Source: a phage. From it: a stretch of DNA of 64,000 nucleotides. The stretch lies in sequence record PZ452596.1; one strand, given 5' to 3'. The notes below the pieces were generated by a model that saw only the letters and a program-made list of their open reading frames with translations, was not told the DNA's origin and searched no databases. The position numbers and the translations under genes are program-made. Every line of letters begins with the position of its first letter. The stretch's first letter is position 1. Of the stretch, positions 23,645 to 34,405 are shown in pieces.

Positions 23645-26600
23645 ATGGCTACTTTAAAACAAATACAATTTAAAAGAAGCAAAACTGCAGGAGCACGTCC
23701 TGCCGCTTCAGTATTAGCCGAAGGTGAATTGGCTATAAACTTAAAAGACCGTGTACTTTTTACTAAAGATGACCAAGGAAATATCATTGATCTTGGTTTT
23801 GCTAAGGGCGGTAGTATTGACGGGAATGTTATTCATATAGGAAACTATAATCAAACTGGTGATTATACTTTAAATGGCGTCTTCACTCAGACTGGTAATT
23901 TTAATTTAACTGGTATTGCTCGAGTAACTCGCGATATTATTGCTGCTGGGCAGATTATGACTGAAGGCGGAGAACTTATTACAAAAAGTTCAGGTACAGC
24001 GCATGTTCGTTTTTTCGATGGCAATAGTCGCGAACGTGGAATCATTTATGCCCCGGCTAATGATGGTTTAACTACACAAGTACTTAATATCAGGGTTCAA
24101 GACTACGCCGCTGGTAGCGAAAGCACTTATGCATTTTCAGGCAGTGGCCTATTTACTTCACCTGAAGTATCAGCATGGAAATCTATTTCGTCTCCACAAA
24201 TTCTGACCGACAAAGTTATTACAAACGGGAAGAAGGCAGGAGATTATGATATCTATTCATTAGCAAATAACACCCCATTATCTGAAAGCACTACTGCTAT
24301 TAATCATCTTCGTGTCATGCGTAATGCCGTTGGTTCTGGTATTTTCCATGAAGTTAAAGATAATGATGGGATAACCTGGTATGCCGGTGACGGGTTGGAG
24401 GCTTATCTTTGGTCGTTTACGTGGTCCGGTGGGTTGAAAGCGGGTCATTCTATTTCTATAGGTACCCCAGGCGGTCCAAAAGGATATTCTGAATTAGGAA
24501 CGGCCTCAATTGTTCTTGGGGATAATGATACCGGATTTAAATGGCATCAGGACGGATATTATTTCAGCGTCAATAATGGAACAAAAACGTTTTTATTTAG
24601 TCCCAGAGAAACAACTAGCCTAAGAAAATTTGTAGCTGGATATTCTACTAACGGAACCGATTTAACTACTCCTCCAACTGAAAATTATGCTCTTGCTACT
24701 GTAGTAACATACCACGATAATAACGCGTTTGGAGATGGTCAGACTCTTTTAGGATATTATCAAGGCGGTAACTATCATCATTATTTCCGCGGCAAGGGTA
24801 CTACAAACATTAATACTCATGGCGGTTTGTTAGTTACTCCAGGTAATATTGATGTTATTGGCGGTTCTGTTAATATTGATGGTATAAATAATTCTTCTAC
24901 CCTGCTATTTAGAGGCAACACAACTGGTAGTAGTTCAGTTGATAATATGACAATTTCCGTTTGGGGCAATACGTTTACTAATCCTAGTGTAGGTAATCGT
25001 AAAAACGTCATGGAAATTTCTGATGCAACTAGTTGGATGAGCTATATTCAAAGACTTACAACAGGTGAAGTAGAAATGAACGTTAACGGTTCATTTGAAT
25101 CATCTGGTGTTACTGCTGGAAATAGAGGAGTTCACACAACAGGCGAAATTTCATCTGGAGCAGTGAATGCGCTTCGCATTTGGAACGCAGATTATGGAGC
25201 TATTTTTAGACGTTCAGAAGGTAGTCTTCATATTATTCCAACTGCTTACGGTGAAGGTAAACACGGCGATATCGGTCCACTTCGCCCGTTTAGTATGGCT
25301 TTAGATACTGGTAAAGTTACTATTCCAGATTTACAATCAAGTTACAATACGTTCGCTGCTAACGGTTATATTAAATTTGTTGGTCATGGAGCGGGTGCCG
25401 GCGGTTATGACATTCAATATGTTCAAGCGGCTCCTATTTTCCAGGAAATCGATGATGATGCTGTAAGCAAATATTATCCTATTGTTAAACAGAAGTTTTT
25501 AAACGGTAAATCCGTTTGGTCTTTAGGTACTGAAATTAATTCAGGTACATTTGTTTTACATCATTTAAAAGAAGACGGAACTCAAGGACATACGTCTCGT
25601 TTTAATCAAGACGGTACTGTTAACTTCCCAGATAACGTTCAGGTCGGCGGCGGTGAAGCTACTATTGCTCGCAATGGTAATATCTTCTCCGATATTTGGA
25701 AACCGTTTACTTCTGCAGGTGATACTACAAATATTCGCGATGCTATTGCGACTCGTGTTTCGAAAGAAGGCGACACGATGACCGGTAAGTTGATTATTAG
25801 AAGAGATTCTGACGCTATTAACTTAGCTGCGCCTTCGACAACTGATGCAAGTTACCTTCTTTCTACAGGCGCTGGTGAAAATCTATGGTATATTGGTAAA
25901 GGCGGCGCTGATAATACTGTATCATTTTACAACTATAAAACCAATGGGGCTGTGCAAATTAACTCTATTGGTGAAATCGCGCTGATTCCACAAGGTGCTG
26001 CAACATTTAACTTCAACCGTGATCGTCTCTATATAAATGGGTCTCAATGGACTGCACATCAAGCTGGTGACTGGGTTAACCAATGGCGTCAAGAAGCTCC
26101 TATATTTGTGGATTTTGGTAGTGTCGGCAATGACTGCTATTATCCTATTATTAAAGGAAAATCTGTTATTACGAATGAAGGATACGTATCTGGTGTTGAT
26201 TTCGGTATGCGCCGTATCACTAACCAATGGGCTCAGGCTATTATCCGTGTTGGTAACCAGGAAAATGCTAGCGATCCGCAAGCTATCTTCGAATTCCACC
26301 ATAATGGAAACATGTACGTTCCTGACATGGTTAAAGCTGGAGTAAGATTATCAGCTGGTGGAGGTGACCCTGTATGGACAGGCGCATGTGTTGTTATTGG
26401 TGATAATGACACTGGGTTAGTTCATGGCGGTGACGGTCGTATTAACATGGTTGCAAATGGAGTGCATATTGCTTCATGGTCGTCCGCTTACCATCTCCAT
26501 GAAGGTCTTTGGGATACCACCGGTGCTTTGTGGACTGAACACGGAAGAGCTATTATTTCTTTTGGTCATTTAGTTCAAGAAAGTGATGCCTATTCCACAT

Positions 26601-26959
26601 TTGTCCGCGATGTTTATGTCCGTTCTGATATTCGTGTTAAAAAAGACCTTGTTAAATTTGAAAATGCTTCTGAGAAGCTTTCTAAAATTAACGGTTACAC
26701 TTATATGCAGAAGCGAGGCCTAGATGAAGAAGGCAATCAGAAATGGGAACCTAACGCCGGTTTGATAGCTCAAGAAGTTCAAGCTATTTTGCCTGAATTA
26801 GTTGAAGGTGACCCTGATGGCGAAGCTTTACTTCGTTTGAACTATAACGGTGTAATTGGTTTAAATACAGCTGCAATCAATGAGCATACTGCAGAAATTG
26901 CGGAACTTAAATCAGAAATTGAAGAACTTAAAGCATTAGTTAAATCATTGTTAAAATAA
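23645..26959 (+). CDS. 37: long tail fibre distal subunit gp37 with C-terminal intramolecular chaperone domain
   Basis: 1104 aa; C-terminal ~120 aa ([10 protein letters not shown]...[15 protein letters not shown]...coiled coil) resembles auto-cleaving chaperone domains of phage fibres. Confidence 0.9.
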   Translation: MATLKQIQFKRSKTAGARPAASVLAEGELAINLKDRVLFTKDDQGNIIDLGFAKGGSIDGNVIHIGNYNQTGDYTLNGVFTQTGNFNLTGIARVTRDIIAAGQIMTEGGELITKSSGTAHVRFFDGNSRERGIIYAPANDGLTTQVLNIRVQDYAAGSESTYAFSGSGLFTSPEVSAWKSISSPQILTDKVITNGKKAGDYDIYSLANNTPLSESTTAINHLRVMRNAVGSGIFHEVKDNDGITWYAGDGLEAYLWSFTWSGGLKAGHSISIGTPGGPKGYSELGTASIVLGDNDTGFKWHQDGYYFSVNNGTKTFLFSPRETTSLRKFVAGYSTNGTDLTTPPTENYALATVVTYHDNNAFGDGQTLLGYYQGGNYHHYFRGKGTTNINTHGGLLVTPGNIDVIGGSVNIDGINNSSTLLFRGNTTGSSSVDNMTISVWGNTFTNPSVGNRKNVMEISDATSWMSYIQRLTTGEVEMNVNGSFESSGVTAGNRGVHTTGEISSGAVNALRIWNADYGAIFRRSEGSLHIIPTAYGEGKHGDIGPLRPFSMALDTGKVTIPDLQSSYNTFAANGYIKFVGHGAGAGGYDIQYVQAAPIFQEIDDDAVSKYYPIVKQKFLNGKSVWSLGTEINSGTFVLHHLKEDGTQGHTSRFNQDGTVNFPDNVQVGGGEATIARNGNIFSDIWKPFTSAGDTTNIRDAIATRVSKEGDTMTGKLIIRRDSDAINLAAPSTTDASYLLSTGAGENLWYIGKGGADNTVSFYNYKTNGAVQINSIGEIALIPQGAATFNFNRDRLYINGSQWTAHQAGDWVNQWRQEAPIFVDFGSVGNDCYYPIIKGKSVITNEGYVSGVDFGMRRITNQWAQAIIRVGNQENASDPQAIFEFHHNGNMYVPDMVKAGVRLSAGGGDPVWTGACVVIGDNDTGLVHGGDGRINMVANGVHIASWSSAYHLHEGLWDTTGALWTEHGRAIISFGHLVQESDAYSTFVRDVYVRSDIRVKKDLVKFENASEKLSKINGYTYMQKRGLDEEGNQKWEPNAGLIAQEVQAILPELVEGDPDGEALLRLNYNGVIGLNTAAINEHTAEIAELKSEIEELKALVKSLLK

Positions 26960-26990
26960 TAAGAGGGGCTTCGGCCCCTTGGAGGTTTAT

Positions 26991-27767
26991 ATGGCAGTAA
27001 CAGGACCGTGGGTAGGATCGTCTGCAGTAGTTAATACAGGACAAAATTGGATGTCCAGCGCGGCCCAACGATTAAGAATGGGTACTCCATTTTGGATGAG
27101 TAATATGATAGGTCGATCTGTTGAAGTAATTCATACACTTGGAGCAGATCATAACTTCAATGGTCAATGGTTCCGAGATAGATGTTTTGAGGCAGGTAGT
27201 GCACCTATAGTGTTTAATATCACTGGAGATTTAGTATCATATTCTAAAGATGTTCCTTTATTCTTCATGTATGGAGATACACCGAATGAATATGTTCAGT
27301 TGAATATACACGGCGTAACGATGTATGGACGTGGCGGTAATGGCGGTAGCAATAGTCCTGGTTCAGCTGGAGGTCATTGTATTCAAAACGATATTGGTGG
27401 GAGACTAAGAATTAATAATGGTGGAGCTATTGCTGGAGGTGGCGGCGGTGGCGGCGGCGGATATTATTCTCCTTTTTCACAAATGAGATTGACTTTTGGA
27501 GGTGGCGGCGGGCGTCCGTTTGGCGCACCGGGCGGATCTATTGATATGCAATCAGGAGCAACTGCTGGTACTATTTCTGCGCCTGGCGCAGGGTCTGTGA
27601 ACGGTATCTATAGCGGCGGTGGCGGTGGCGAAGTTGGCTCCGCAGGAGGTAGATGTAATATTCGTGGTCAAGGATCTGAATACGATGGCGGAGCTGCTGG
27701 TTATGCCGTCATAGGGTCTACACCGACATGGCAAAACGTTGGAGCAATATATGGTCCAAGAGTATAA
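26991..27767 (+). CDS. 38: tail fibre tip adhesin gp38 (T2-type, glycine-rich)
   Basis: start at MAVTGPW with SD GGAGG; poly-Gly tracts (GGGGGGGGG, GGGGG) separating variable segments. Confidence 0.85.
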   Translation: MAVTGPWVGSSAVVNTGQNWMSSAAQRLRMGTPFWMSNMIGRSVEVIHTLGADHNFNGQWFRDRCFEAGSAPIVFNITGDLVSYSKDVPLFFMYGDTPNEYVQLNIHGVTMYGRGGNGGSNSPGSAGGHCIQNDIGGRLRINNGGAIAGGGGGGGGGYYSPFSQMRLTFGGGGGRPFGAPGGSIDMQSGATAGTISAPGAGSVNGIYSGGGGGEVGSAGGRCNIRGQGSEYDGGAAGYAVIGSTPTWQNVGAIYGPRV

Positions 27768-27797
27768 TTTGAATAAATATCCTTAAAAGGAGGGTCT

Positions 27798-28454
27798 ATG
27801 GCAGCACCTAGAATATCATTTTCGCCCTCTGATATTCTGTTGGGTGTTCTAGATCGCTTGTTCAAAGATAACGCTACCGGGAAGGTTCTTGCTTCCCGAG
27901 TAGCTGTCGTAATTCTTTTATTTATGATGGCGATTGTTTGGTATAGGGGAGATAGTTTCTTTGAGTACTATAAGCAATCAAAGTATGAAACATACAGTGA
28001 AATTATTGAAAAGGAAAGAAATGCACGCTTTGAATCTGTCGCCCTGGAACAACTCCAGATAGTTCATATATCATCTGAGGCAGACTTTAGTGCGGTGTAT
28101 TCTTTCCGCCCTAAAAACTTAAACTATTTTGTTGATATTATAGCATACGAAGGAAAATTACCTTCAACAATAAGTGAAAAATCACTTGGAGGATATCCTG
28201 TTGATAAAACTATGGATGAATATACAGTTCATTTAAATGGACGTCATTATTATTCCAACTCAAAATTTGCTTTTTTACCAACTAAAAAGCCTACTCCCGA
28301 AATAAACTACATGTACAGTTGTCCATATTTCAATTTGGATAATATCTATGCTGGAACAATAACCATGTACTGGTATAGAAATGATCATATAAGTAATGAC
28401 CGCCTTGAATCAATATGTTCTCAGGCGGCCAGAATATTAGGAAGGGCTAAATAA
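27798..28454 (+). CDS. t: holin
   Basis: 218 aa, one N-terminal TM helix plus large periplasmic domain; matches T4 T. Confidence 0.93.
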   Translation: MAAPRISFSPSDILLGVLDRLFKDNATGKVLASRVAVVILLFMMAIVWYRGDSFFEYYKQSKYETYSEIIEKERNARFESVALEQLQIVHISSEADFSAVYSFRPKNLNYFVDIIAYEGKLPSTISEKSLGGYPVDKTMDEYTVHLNGRHYYSNSKFAFLPTKKPTPEINYMYSCPYFNLDNIYAGTITMYWYRNDHISNDRLESICSQAARILGRAK

Positions 28455-28727
28455 TTATTTGTTCGTATACATCTCTAGATATCGATATACACCCTCAAAA
28501 CCCTCGTTGAATTCGTCGATGAGGGTTTTCTTATCTTCTTGAGTTAATTCAGAAACAATTTTACGGAATGAATTCTGATTTAATTTTCTACCTTCATGCG
28601 TTACTCCAATCTCATTCAGAAATGCAATAAAATTAGCACGATTCTCAACAATATCTTCTCTGGAAAATTTAATCAAAATAGACGCAACAGTAATAATTTC
28701 ACGAACTGTATCAATGTTTTTATTCAT
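28455..28727 (-). CDS. asiA: anti-sigma-70 factor AsiA
   Basis: 90 aa, matches T4 AsiA; convergent with t, stop codons abut. Confidence 0.9.
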   Translation of the reverse strand: MNKNIDTVREIITVASILIKFSREDIVENRANFIAFLNEIGVTHEGRKLNQNSFRKIVSELTQEDKKTLIDEFNEGFEGVYRYLEMYTNK

Positions 28728-28739
28728 TAACTATACCAC

Positions 28740-28892
28740 TCAATTAGTTGACTTTGTTATAATATCATCAGACGCTTGATTTGTAAACTGGTCTGTGTTA
28801 TTTTCTTCAAAAATTTTTTCTACGAATTCCTTGAACGACTCGCGTTCCTGAGCTGCATTATGCTCGATTACCTTTTCAAGATTATGACTCAT
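28740..28892 (-). CDS. hypothetical small acidic protein
   Basis: 50-aa ORF (MSHNLEKVIEHNAAQ...) found by hand; ATGA overlap with arn stop. Confidence 0.35.
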   Translation of the reverse strand: MSHNLEKVIEHNAAQERESFKEFVEKIFEENNTDQFTNQASDDIITKSTN

Positions 28893-29167
28893 TCGAAATA
28901 ATCTTCAATTTCGTAATCATGGACGTAAATCATTATAGTTTTTAATATATCATCAATACTTTTTCCTGGAGCTGGAATTACGTAAAAATATCCTGCTTTT
29001 GAGAGGTTTTTATAAGTTCCAACCAAGAAATCATTATTCTCGAGATGTAATTCTTCAACTAATTCATTAACAATTGAATGGTATAAATTTGGTAGAAACT
29101 TATATAGCTTTTCTAGAATATCAATTTTGATTGTATATTGAACCACAGATTGAGAATCAATAATCAT
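28889..29167 (-). CDS. arn: Arn, anti-restriction protein (McrBC inhibitor)
   Basis: 92 aa, acidic; matches T4 Arn by recall and position. Confidence 0.8.
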   Translation of the reverse strand: MIIDSQSVVQYTIKIDILEKLYKFLPNLYHSIVNELVEELHLENNDFLVGTYKNLSKAGYFYVIPAPGKSIDDILKTIMIYVHDYEIEDYFE

Positions 29168-29250
29168 AGACCTTCCCCTTATGTTTCTGTTTGCGATTAG
29201 ATTCTTTAAACGCTTTCTTCTTATCTTTATGGACAGAAGCTTTATTAAAA

Positions 29251-29469
29251 TTATGTTTTGCGACTAAATTGTTCATAATTCTGAATTACCTCTCTTAAAC
29301 ATTTGCATGTGAATGAAAACTTTTTAGCTACACCACATTCAAATATATGTTCTCTTAAATCACGTGTGTCAGTATATCCCATCTCAACGATAAAATGCCG
29401 TATTAGATTTTTATCTTTATCATTGAGAGAATTAAAATAGTCAGATTTTGAATTAATTTCCCTGGCCAA
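29251..29469 (-). CDS. hypothetical protein (arn-motA cluster)
   Basis: 72-aa ORF with Cys pairs. Confidence 0.45.
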   Translation of the reverse strand: MAREINSKSDYFNSLNDKDKNLIRHFIVEMGYTDTRDLREHIFECGVAKKFSFTCKCLREVIQNYEQFSRKT

Positions 29470-29749
29470 ATTGAATCACCTTCAGTTGACGTTTTAGCTC
29501 TTTTATCATTTCTTCGTTCATCGCAATATAAAGATCGCGTAAAGCAGGTTTTAGCATGTCATTTATTATAGAACTAAATGGGCATACATAATCTTTTCCT
29601 ACAAGCTTTTTGGTGAATTCCATATCACAGAACTTAAATCCCGGCTCATTGGTATAAATTCCCCAATTAGTTGACATCATTTTATTAGCATATTCCAGTG
29701 CCTGGATTTGATTCATAATTCCATCAATTTGAAACTTTTTAATATTCAT
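29453..29749 (-). CDS. hypothetical protein (arn-motA cluster)
   Basis: 98-aa ORF. Confidence 0.45.
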   Translation of the reverse strand: MNIKKFQIDGIMNQIQALEYANKMMSTNWGIYTNEPGFKFCDMEFTKKLVGKDYVCPFSSIINDMLKPALRDLYIAMNEEMIKELKRQLKVIQFGQGN

Positions 29750-30210
29750 TAGTAAAGGTCCTCAGAGTAAAGTTCTTTTTCACTACCACCACGTTCAATA
29801 CGTACTTGTCCAGCGTAAGTTGCAATAATCATTGCTTCTTCACGTGTCCAATAATTACTATATTGGTCAATAAACCCCTGGTCATCATCACAAACTTGCT
29901 GAGTCACTAATTGAGGTTTAACTATATCTAAAACTGCTGCCATATCTTTAGAATAATGACGAGCACCTGGAATAATAAGAGTTCGTCCATCTTTTAATTT
30001 AAAACGGTTGGCTGCGCAAACAATCCGTCGTTGATACTTTTGGTTTTCATCCCAGTATGCAGACTGCCAACAGATTTCAGGAACTTCTTTTAGAATATCT
30101 TCTTCTGTGCATTTATAACCATGCGCTTTAAATTTTTCAGCAAGACTTTCTGGAGTTTCACGAGATAAAGGAACATTCAGCATTTTTAAACGATTGATAA
30201 ATGGGTTCAT
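29749..30210 (-). CDS. hypothetical protein (arn-motA cluster)
   Basis: 153-aa ORF. Confidence 0.5.
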   Translation of the reverse strand: MNPFINRLKMLNVPLSRETPESLAEKFKAHGYKCTEEDILKEVPEICWQSAYWDENQKYQRRIVCAANRFKLKDGRTLIIPGARHYSKDMAAVLDIVKPQLVTQQVCDDDQGFIDQYSNYWTREEAMIIATYAGQVRIERGGSEKELYSEDLY

Positions 30211-30536
30211 TTAAACCATCCTTTAATACGTTGCCACAAAGTTTTCTGTTGAGCTTTGTTAACACCAATTGAGCGAATAACTGGTTGAGATTCCTGGAAT
30301 TCTTTATAATCAGCAAGGTAAATTTCGTAAGCTGCATTTGTAAATGAACTTATCGCTGCCATAAAATTATTGCGAATACCTACTGGAGCATCTTTACTTT
30401 CACGAATAATCATGTATTTACCAGTCTTAATCTTTACGATAGTTCCAAGATAAGCTCCATGATACCAGATGTCCCAACCCTCTTGAGTAGGTTCTGCACA
30501 ACGACGAAGTTCATTAACAATTTCTAACTTGTTCAT
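30207..30536 (-). CDS. hypothetical protein (motA.1 position)
   Basis: 109-aa ORF immediately upstream of motA. Confidence 0.5.
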   Translation of the reverse strand: MNKLEIVNELRRCAEPTQEGWDIWYHGAYLGTIVKIKTGKYMIIRESKDAPVGIRNNFMAAISSFTNAAYEIYLADYKEFQESQPVIRSIGVNKAQQKTLWQRIKGWFK

Positions 30537-30546
30537 TATTTATTCC

Positions 30547-31182
30547 TCACAGTTCAGATGCTACAGCGATTACTGCTTCAATGTTTTCTGCCGAGCGTTT
30601 AATGTCAAGATACACATTACCGTTTTTAGCGATTTTACATGACATTCCGATGTCAGTAAATTTCTGAATATGATGTTCCATCATTTTGTATCCAAAAATT
30701 CGCATATTTCCATTGTTGTTAATTTCAAAATTGCGAATTCCGTGAGTGCGTTTTTCTAAAATAGCGAGATAATTACTACGATAAGTTTCAACCTTTTTAA
30801 GAACAAATCCATTTTCATCTAAAAGTTTTAACATGAAGTCTTTATCTTCTTCCATATCAGAAGTAATCTCGCGAGCTTTACGAGTTGCTCGTTTTTTCAG
30901 CAGTTCCGGAGCATTTTCCTGTGCATATAAAGTTGCTGCATTTGAAATAATATCCTGAGCTTCACCAGTAATGATTAATCCATCACCAGATTTCTCCACC
31001 AGGCCTTTTTTAATCAATACCCCAATATTACTATTAACTACTGCGTTACCTAAATCTGGATGCACCTCACGAACTTCTGCAGCTGTAATGAAATCTTTCT
31101 TAGCAATAGTAATTAAAATCGCAGCAGTTTTTTCATTCAGAACATCGTTAGAAGCTTTGATGATGTAAGTTACTTTAGACAT
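30547..31182 (-). CDS. motA: middle-transcription activator MotA
   Basis: 211 aa, same length as T4 MotA. Confidence 0.9.
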   Translation of the reverse strand: MSKVTYIIKASNDVLNEKTAAILITIAKKDFITAAEVREVHPDLGNAVVNSNIGVLIKKGLVEKSGDGLIITGEAQDIISNAATLYAQENAPELLKKRATRKAREITSDMEEDKDFMLKLLDENGFVLKKVETYRSNYLAILEKRTHGIRNFEINNNGNMRIFGYKMMEHHIQKFTDIGMSCKIAKNGNVYLDIKRSAENIEAVIAVASEL

Positions 31183-31204
31183 TTTCTAATCTCCGTAATT
31201 CTGT

Positions 31205-31265
31205 ATCAGTAGTTGATAGTTGTATAGTACCACAGTATGCTTTGGTTGTAAACCGTTTTGTGAAA
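31205..31265 (-). promoter_or_regulatory. T4-type early promoter upstream of motA (repeat family copy)
   Basis: minus strand GTTTACA... GGTACTATACAACTATCAACTAC. Confidence 0.5.
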
Positions 31266-31284
31266 AAAATTTTTAAATAAAAAA

Positions 31285-31304
31285 GGGAGAGCCGAGGCTC
31301 TCCC
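31285..31304 (-). terminator. rho-independent terminator between motA promoter region and gene 52 operon end
   Basis: GGGAGAGCC..GGCTCTCCC hairpin followed on minus strand by TTTTTTATTT. Confidence 0.7.
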
Positions 31305-31309
31305 TAAAA

Positions 31310-31459
31310 TTACTGCATGACTGTGATAACTGTCATGATAACACGTTGAATTCCGAACGCAAGAAGACCTCCTGCTACAGCTGGAACAACGCCTAACCCC
31401 GCCAGTAAAATGCTACCAGATACTAATGCAGCGCTTGTAATACCAATGAATGGACTCAT
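31310..31459 (-). CDS. small hydrophobic membrane protein
   Basis: 49 aa (MSPFIGITSAALVSGSILLAGLGVVPAVAGG...); ATGA overlap with gene 52 stop; below ORF-track cutoff. Confidence 0.4.
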   Translation of the reverse strand: MSPFIGITSAALVSGSILLAGLGVVPAVAGGLLAFGIQRVIMTVITVMQ

Positions 31460-32784
31460 TTGATTTCCTCTAAATCTTTGGTGTATTCTGTAACTACATC
31501 AGTAGTTTTCCAATATTCGTTTTCTTCTTTTTTAGCTTTAGCTTCTTCAGCAAGTTTCTTCGCTTCATCGGAAGTCATATGAAAAATATTCATTCCAACT
31601 AGTTTATCAACATAAGAAGAATACATATCAATTTTCGAAAGTTCTTCGGTCAGTTCTTTACGAGTTTTACCCTGTACAACAATTTCACCTGAAATTACTT
31701 TCTTAATGAAATGCGCCTTGGCAAAGGCTAAACGAAAAGCTGATTCAGTTTCTTTGATTTTGTTATCAATTCGTTTTTGGACATAAGTTTTACGAACTTC
31801 AACAAAGTCTTTAATTAAATCAACTACGTTATCGTAAACTTGCAGTTTTCCTTTCTCATTAATAACCGTAATATTCTGAGAACGACGCTCAATCAACCCA
31901 AAGTCTTTCATAATTTTTGCATGGCGTTCTTCTTCATTATCGCTCAAAGAATATTCTTTACGGAATTTAACTTTGAACCCAAAACCATGCTCACCACAAG
32001 CATCATCCCATGTAATGAAGCCTTTATCTTCAAGTGGGTCTAAGATTTTACTCACATAAGTTTCACGATCATACTTATACGGAATCTCAGTGATATGCAT
32101 TTGAGTTCGTGAAGTAAACTTATATGTTCCACGAATTTCATATTGGCCATCAATCTCAACGACTTCACCACGAAATTCTGGGAATTCTACCTTCGGTTTA
32201 GTTACTTTCTTTCCTTGAAGAGCTTGTAATACAGCTTTCTTGACAGAAGAAACACTATGAGGAAGAATGTAAGTTGCATAACCAGTTGCAATACCGGAAA
32301 CGCCATTAAGAAGAACAGTAGGAATAATAGGCAAATAGAAAGCAGGCGGAATATGTTCTTTATCTTGATGTACCGGAGCATATTCAGTATCTTTATATAC
32401 GTTATAGAAATTTTTACTTACACGAGCAAAAATATAACGACTTGCCGCTGCCTTTTGGACAGTACGAGAACCAAAGTTTCCTTGACCGTCTAACAAAGGA
32501 AAGTTATTATTCCAAGTATTAGCCATCAAAGCCCCCGCATCTTGTGCAGAGTTTTCACCATGATGATATCCAAGGTCAGCTACACCACCTGCAATAGAAG
32601 CAAGTTTGTGAAACTTATCTTTATTTCCTCGCGCCAAATCAAGAGCTCGAGCAATAACAAATCGTTGAACTGGCTTAAATCCATCAATCATATTTGGAAT
32701 AGCACGATTTTCAACCGTGTACATAGCATAAGCCAATGCTTCATTATCAATGATACTTTTTAAATCGCGATTATTCAGTTGCAT
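31456..32784 (-). CDS. 52: DNA topoisomerase II medium subunit gp52
   Basis: 442 aa, GyrA-like region; matches T4 gp52. Confidence 0.95.
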   Translation of the reverse strand: MQLNNRDLKSIIDNEALAYAMYTVENRAIPNMIDGFKPVQRFVIARALDLARGNKDKFHKLASIAGGVADLGYHHGENSAQDAGALMANTWNNNFPLLDGQGNFGSRTVQKAAASRYIFARVSKNFYNVYKDTEYAPVHQDKEHIPPAFYLPIIPTVLLNGVSGIATGYATYILPHSVSSVKKAVLQALQGKKVTKPKVEFPEFRGEVVEIDGQYEIRGTYKFTSRTQMHITEIPYKYDRETYVSKILDPLEDKGFITWDDACGEHGFGFKVKFRKEYSLSDNEEERHAKIMKDFGLIERRSQNITVINEKGKLQVYDNVVDLIKDFVEVRKTYVQKRIDNKIKETESAFRLAFAKAHFIKKVISGEIVVQGKTRKELTEELSKIDMYSSYVDKLVGMNIFHMTSDEAKKLAEEAKAKKEENEYWKTTDVVTEYTKDLEEIK

Positions 32785-32788
32785 AAAT

Positions 32789-32929
32789 TTACCATACTAG
32801 TGAATGTAGTGCCATAATAACATCAGAAATGAAAAGCACGACTTGAATTAATCCGAACATTACTCCATAATATAGTGCTACTAATAAAGTAGCAAGGGCT
32901 AATGAATAGCCCAAGATTTTCTTAATCAT
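32789..32929 (-). CDS. small hydrophobic membrane protein (ac / 52.1-like position)
   Basis: 46-aa ORF MIKKILGYSLALATLLVALYYGV... found by hand. Confidence 0.35.
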   Translation of the reverse strand: MIKKILGYSLALATLLVALYYGVMFGLIQVVLFISDVIMALHSLVW

Positions 32930-33080
32930 TAGTAGATAACAACACAAATGTTAAATATGCACACATACCCTGAGCTAAAGCTTGCGAAAACACACTGCTG
33001 GCATCAATACAGATAGTTAAAACACATGCTACTATCCAACAAATAAATGAAATAACTCCTAATAATTTTGCAATATTCAT
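32922..33080 (-). CDS. small hydrophobic membrane protein (ac-like position)
   Basis: 52-aa ORF MNIAKLLGVISFICWIVACVLTIC... found by hand. Confidence 0.35.
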   Translation of the reverse strand: MNIAKLLGVISFICWIVACVLTICIDASSVFSQALAQGMCAYLTFVLLSTND

Positions 33081-33087
33081 ATTTTCC

Positions 33088-33168
33088 TCACTGGCGTCCG
33101 AAGACGCCTTTAGTTTTAAGATTATTACGATAGAACTGCATCACGTGTTCGTTGTGGAAATTACTCAT
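33088..33168 (-). CDS. stp: Stp peptide (activator of host PrrC anticodon nuclease)
   Basis: 26-codon ORF translating to [26 protein letters not shown]; start overlaps ndd stop by 1 nt; not in ORF track. Confidence 0.8.
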
Positions 33169-33626
33169 TAATATGCCTGCAAAACGAATTTAAAATTATC
33201 AGCCAACATACGGTTCATTTCTTCAAGTGTTTGATACTCAGAATGATGATTACGAGTAAACGCTAAAGCTAACTGTCCTTTTCCAAATCCCGTCGTCAGA
33301 GGTTTCATCTTAGAAGCAGGCAGATAAAATACTGTGTATGGAACATTGTTATTTGCAATAGTACGTGCAAGCTGAGACCGACGTTGACGAATATGACTTA
33401 GAACTGCACTGAATCCTTGCTTAGAACGCTGATTACCTACATAAAATCGTGCTGACACACATGGATTACTAAATGGACGACCATCTAATTTACTTACTAA
33501 AAAGTAAAATCCAGGTTTAGATAAAATATCTTTATGCGGAGTTCCCAAAAACCACTCACCGCCCTTGATTGTACCAATAACAGTAGCGCCTGCATTATTC
33601 AGATCAGTAACAGTCATGTATTTCAT
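33168..33626 (-). CDS. ndd: nucleoid disruption protein Ndd
   Basis: 152 aa from [18 protein letters not shown]...; track ORF is N-terminally over-extended. Confidence 0.9.
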
Positions 33627-33684
33627 ATTAATTTCCTCTAAATTATTTTCTACTCCAAGGCCGCATGAATACGCGGCCATTAAA

Positions 33685-33900
33685 TTAATCGTCGCAGTCG
33701 ACGCTCAATTCCCAAAACTCTTCTACAGTATAAGTTTCAGTATCATTTTCAATACAGAAACGTTCATTACTATTATTTGCTAAAGTAGCATTAACTGTCG
33801 GTTTCTCGCCAGTGCTCTTAAGAGGTGAAATACGAATTAACTGATCACCATTATCTAAACAAAAAATTTCACCAACTTTTACATCTTTAAAGATTTTCAT
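33685..33900 (-). CDS. hypothetical protein (ndd-denB cluster)
   Basis: 71-aa ORF. Confidence 0.45.
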   Translation of the reverse strand: MKIFKDVKVGEIFCLDNGDQLIRISPLKSTGEKPTVNATLANNSNERFCIENDTETYTVEEFWELSVDCDD

Positions 33901-34015
33901 AATTCACCTCAAGGAGTATAAAATCCAAATGCAGTTGTTGACCATCCCATCCAATACGGGAAATTTGCGCCAATGTAAAACATGAGAATATAAAACCAAC
34001 CACTCAGCAAATTCA

Positions 34016-34234
34016 TCATTTTACATCATTCCAAATTGTTTCAACTACAGATTTTAAGCCATTTTGATGAATGTCCATTCCGACAACTGCCATCAAATAG
34101 ATTCCAACTACAACTGAACCCAAGGCGAAAATCAGCATGAAAATGAATAAAGCCGGAAAAATATTATCGAAAAACCATTCAATAAATGTAAAAGCACTAC
34201 GTTTACGCTTCATATTTTCCTCACATAAATCCAA
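34016..34234 (-). CDS. small membrane protein (ndd-denB cluster)
   Basis: 72-aa ORF with hydrophobic helix. Confidence 0.4.
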   Translation of the reverse strand: MDLCEENMKRKRSAFTFIEWFFDNIFPALFIFMLIFALGSVVVGIYLMAVVGMDIHQNGLKSVVETIWNDVK

Positions 34235-34334
34235 AATAAGCGTTTAATACATCAATCATTAAAACGATTGGGAATATACTCAAAACTATTAGTATTATAA
34301 CTACATTCCATATAGCTTTAACAATCTTTTTCAT
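34221..34334 (-). CDS. small membrane protein (ndd-denB cluster)
   Basis: 37 aa from MKKIVKAIWNVVIILIVLSIFPIV...; early promoter just upstream. Confidence 0.35.
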   Translation of the reverse strand: MKKIVKAIWNVVIILIVLSIFPIVLMIDVLNAYFGFM

Positions 34335-34344
34335 TTTCTGTTCC

Positions 34345-34405
34345 TCCGTAGTTGATAGGGTAATAATACCACAGAGGAACAGTCTTGTAAACAACTTTTT
34401 AAAAA
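34345..34405 (-). promoter_or_regulatory. T4-type early promoter (repeat family copy)
   Basis: minus strand GTTTACAAGACTGTTCC... ; variant -10. Confidence 0.45.

Noticed and set aside
27400-27640. Repetitive GGTGGCGGCGG tracts, possible CRISPR or VNTR
   Set aside because: They are in-frame poly-glycine codons inside gene 38; no spacer-repeat architecture.
33094-33110. GGCGTC-TTCG-GACGCC hairpin that looked like a terminator downstream of ndd
   Set aside because: It lies inside the stp coding sequence (encodes GVFGRQ) and has no U-run; not called as a terminator.
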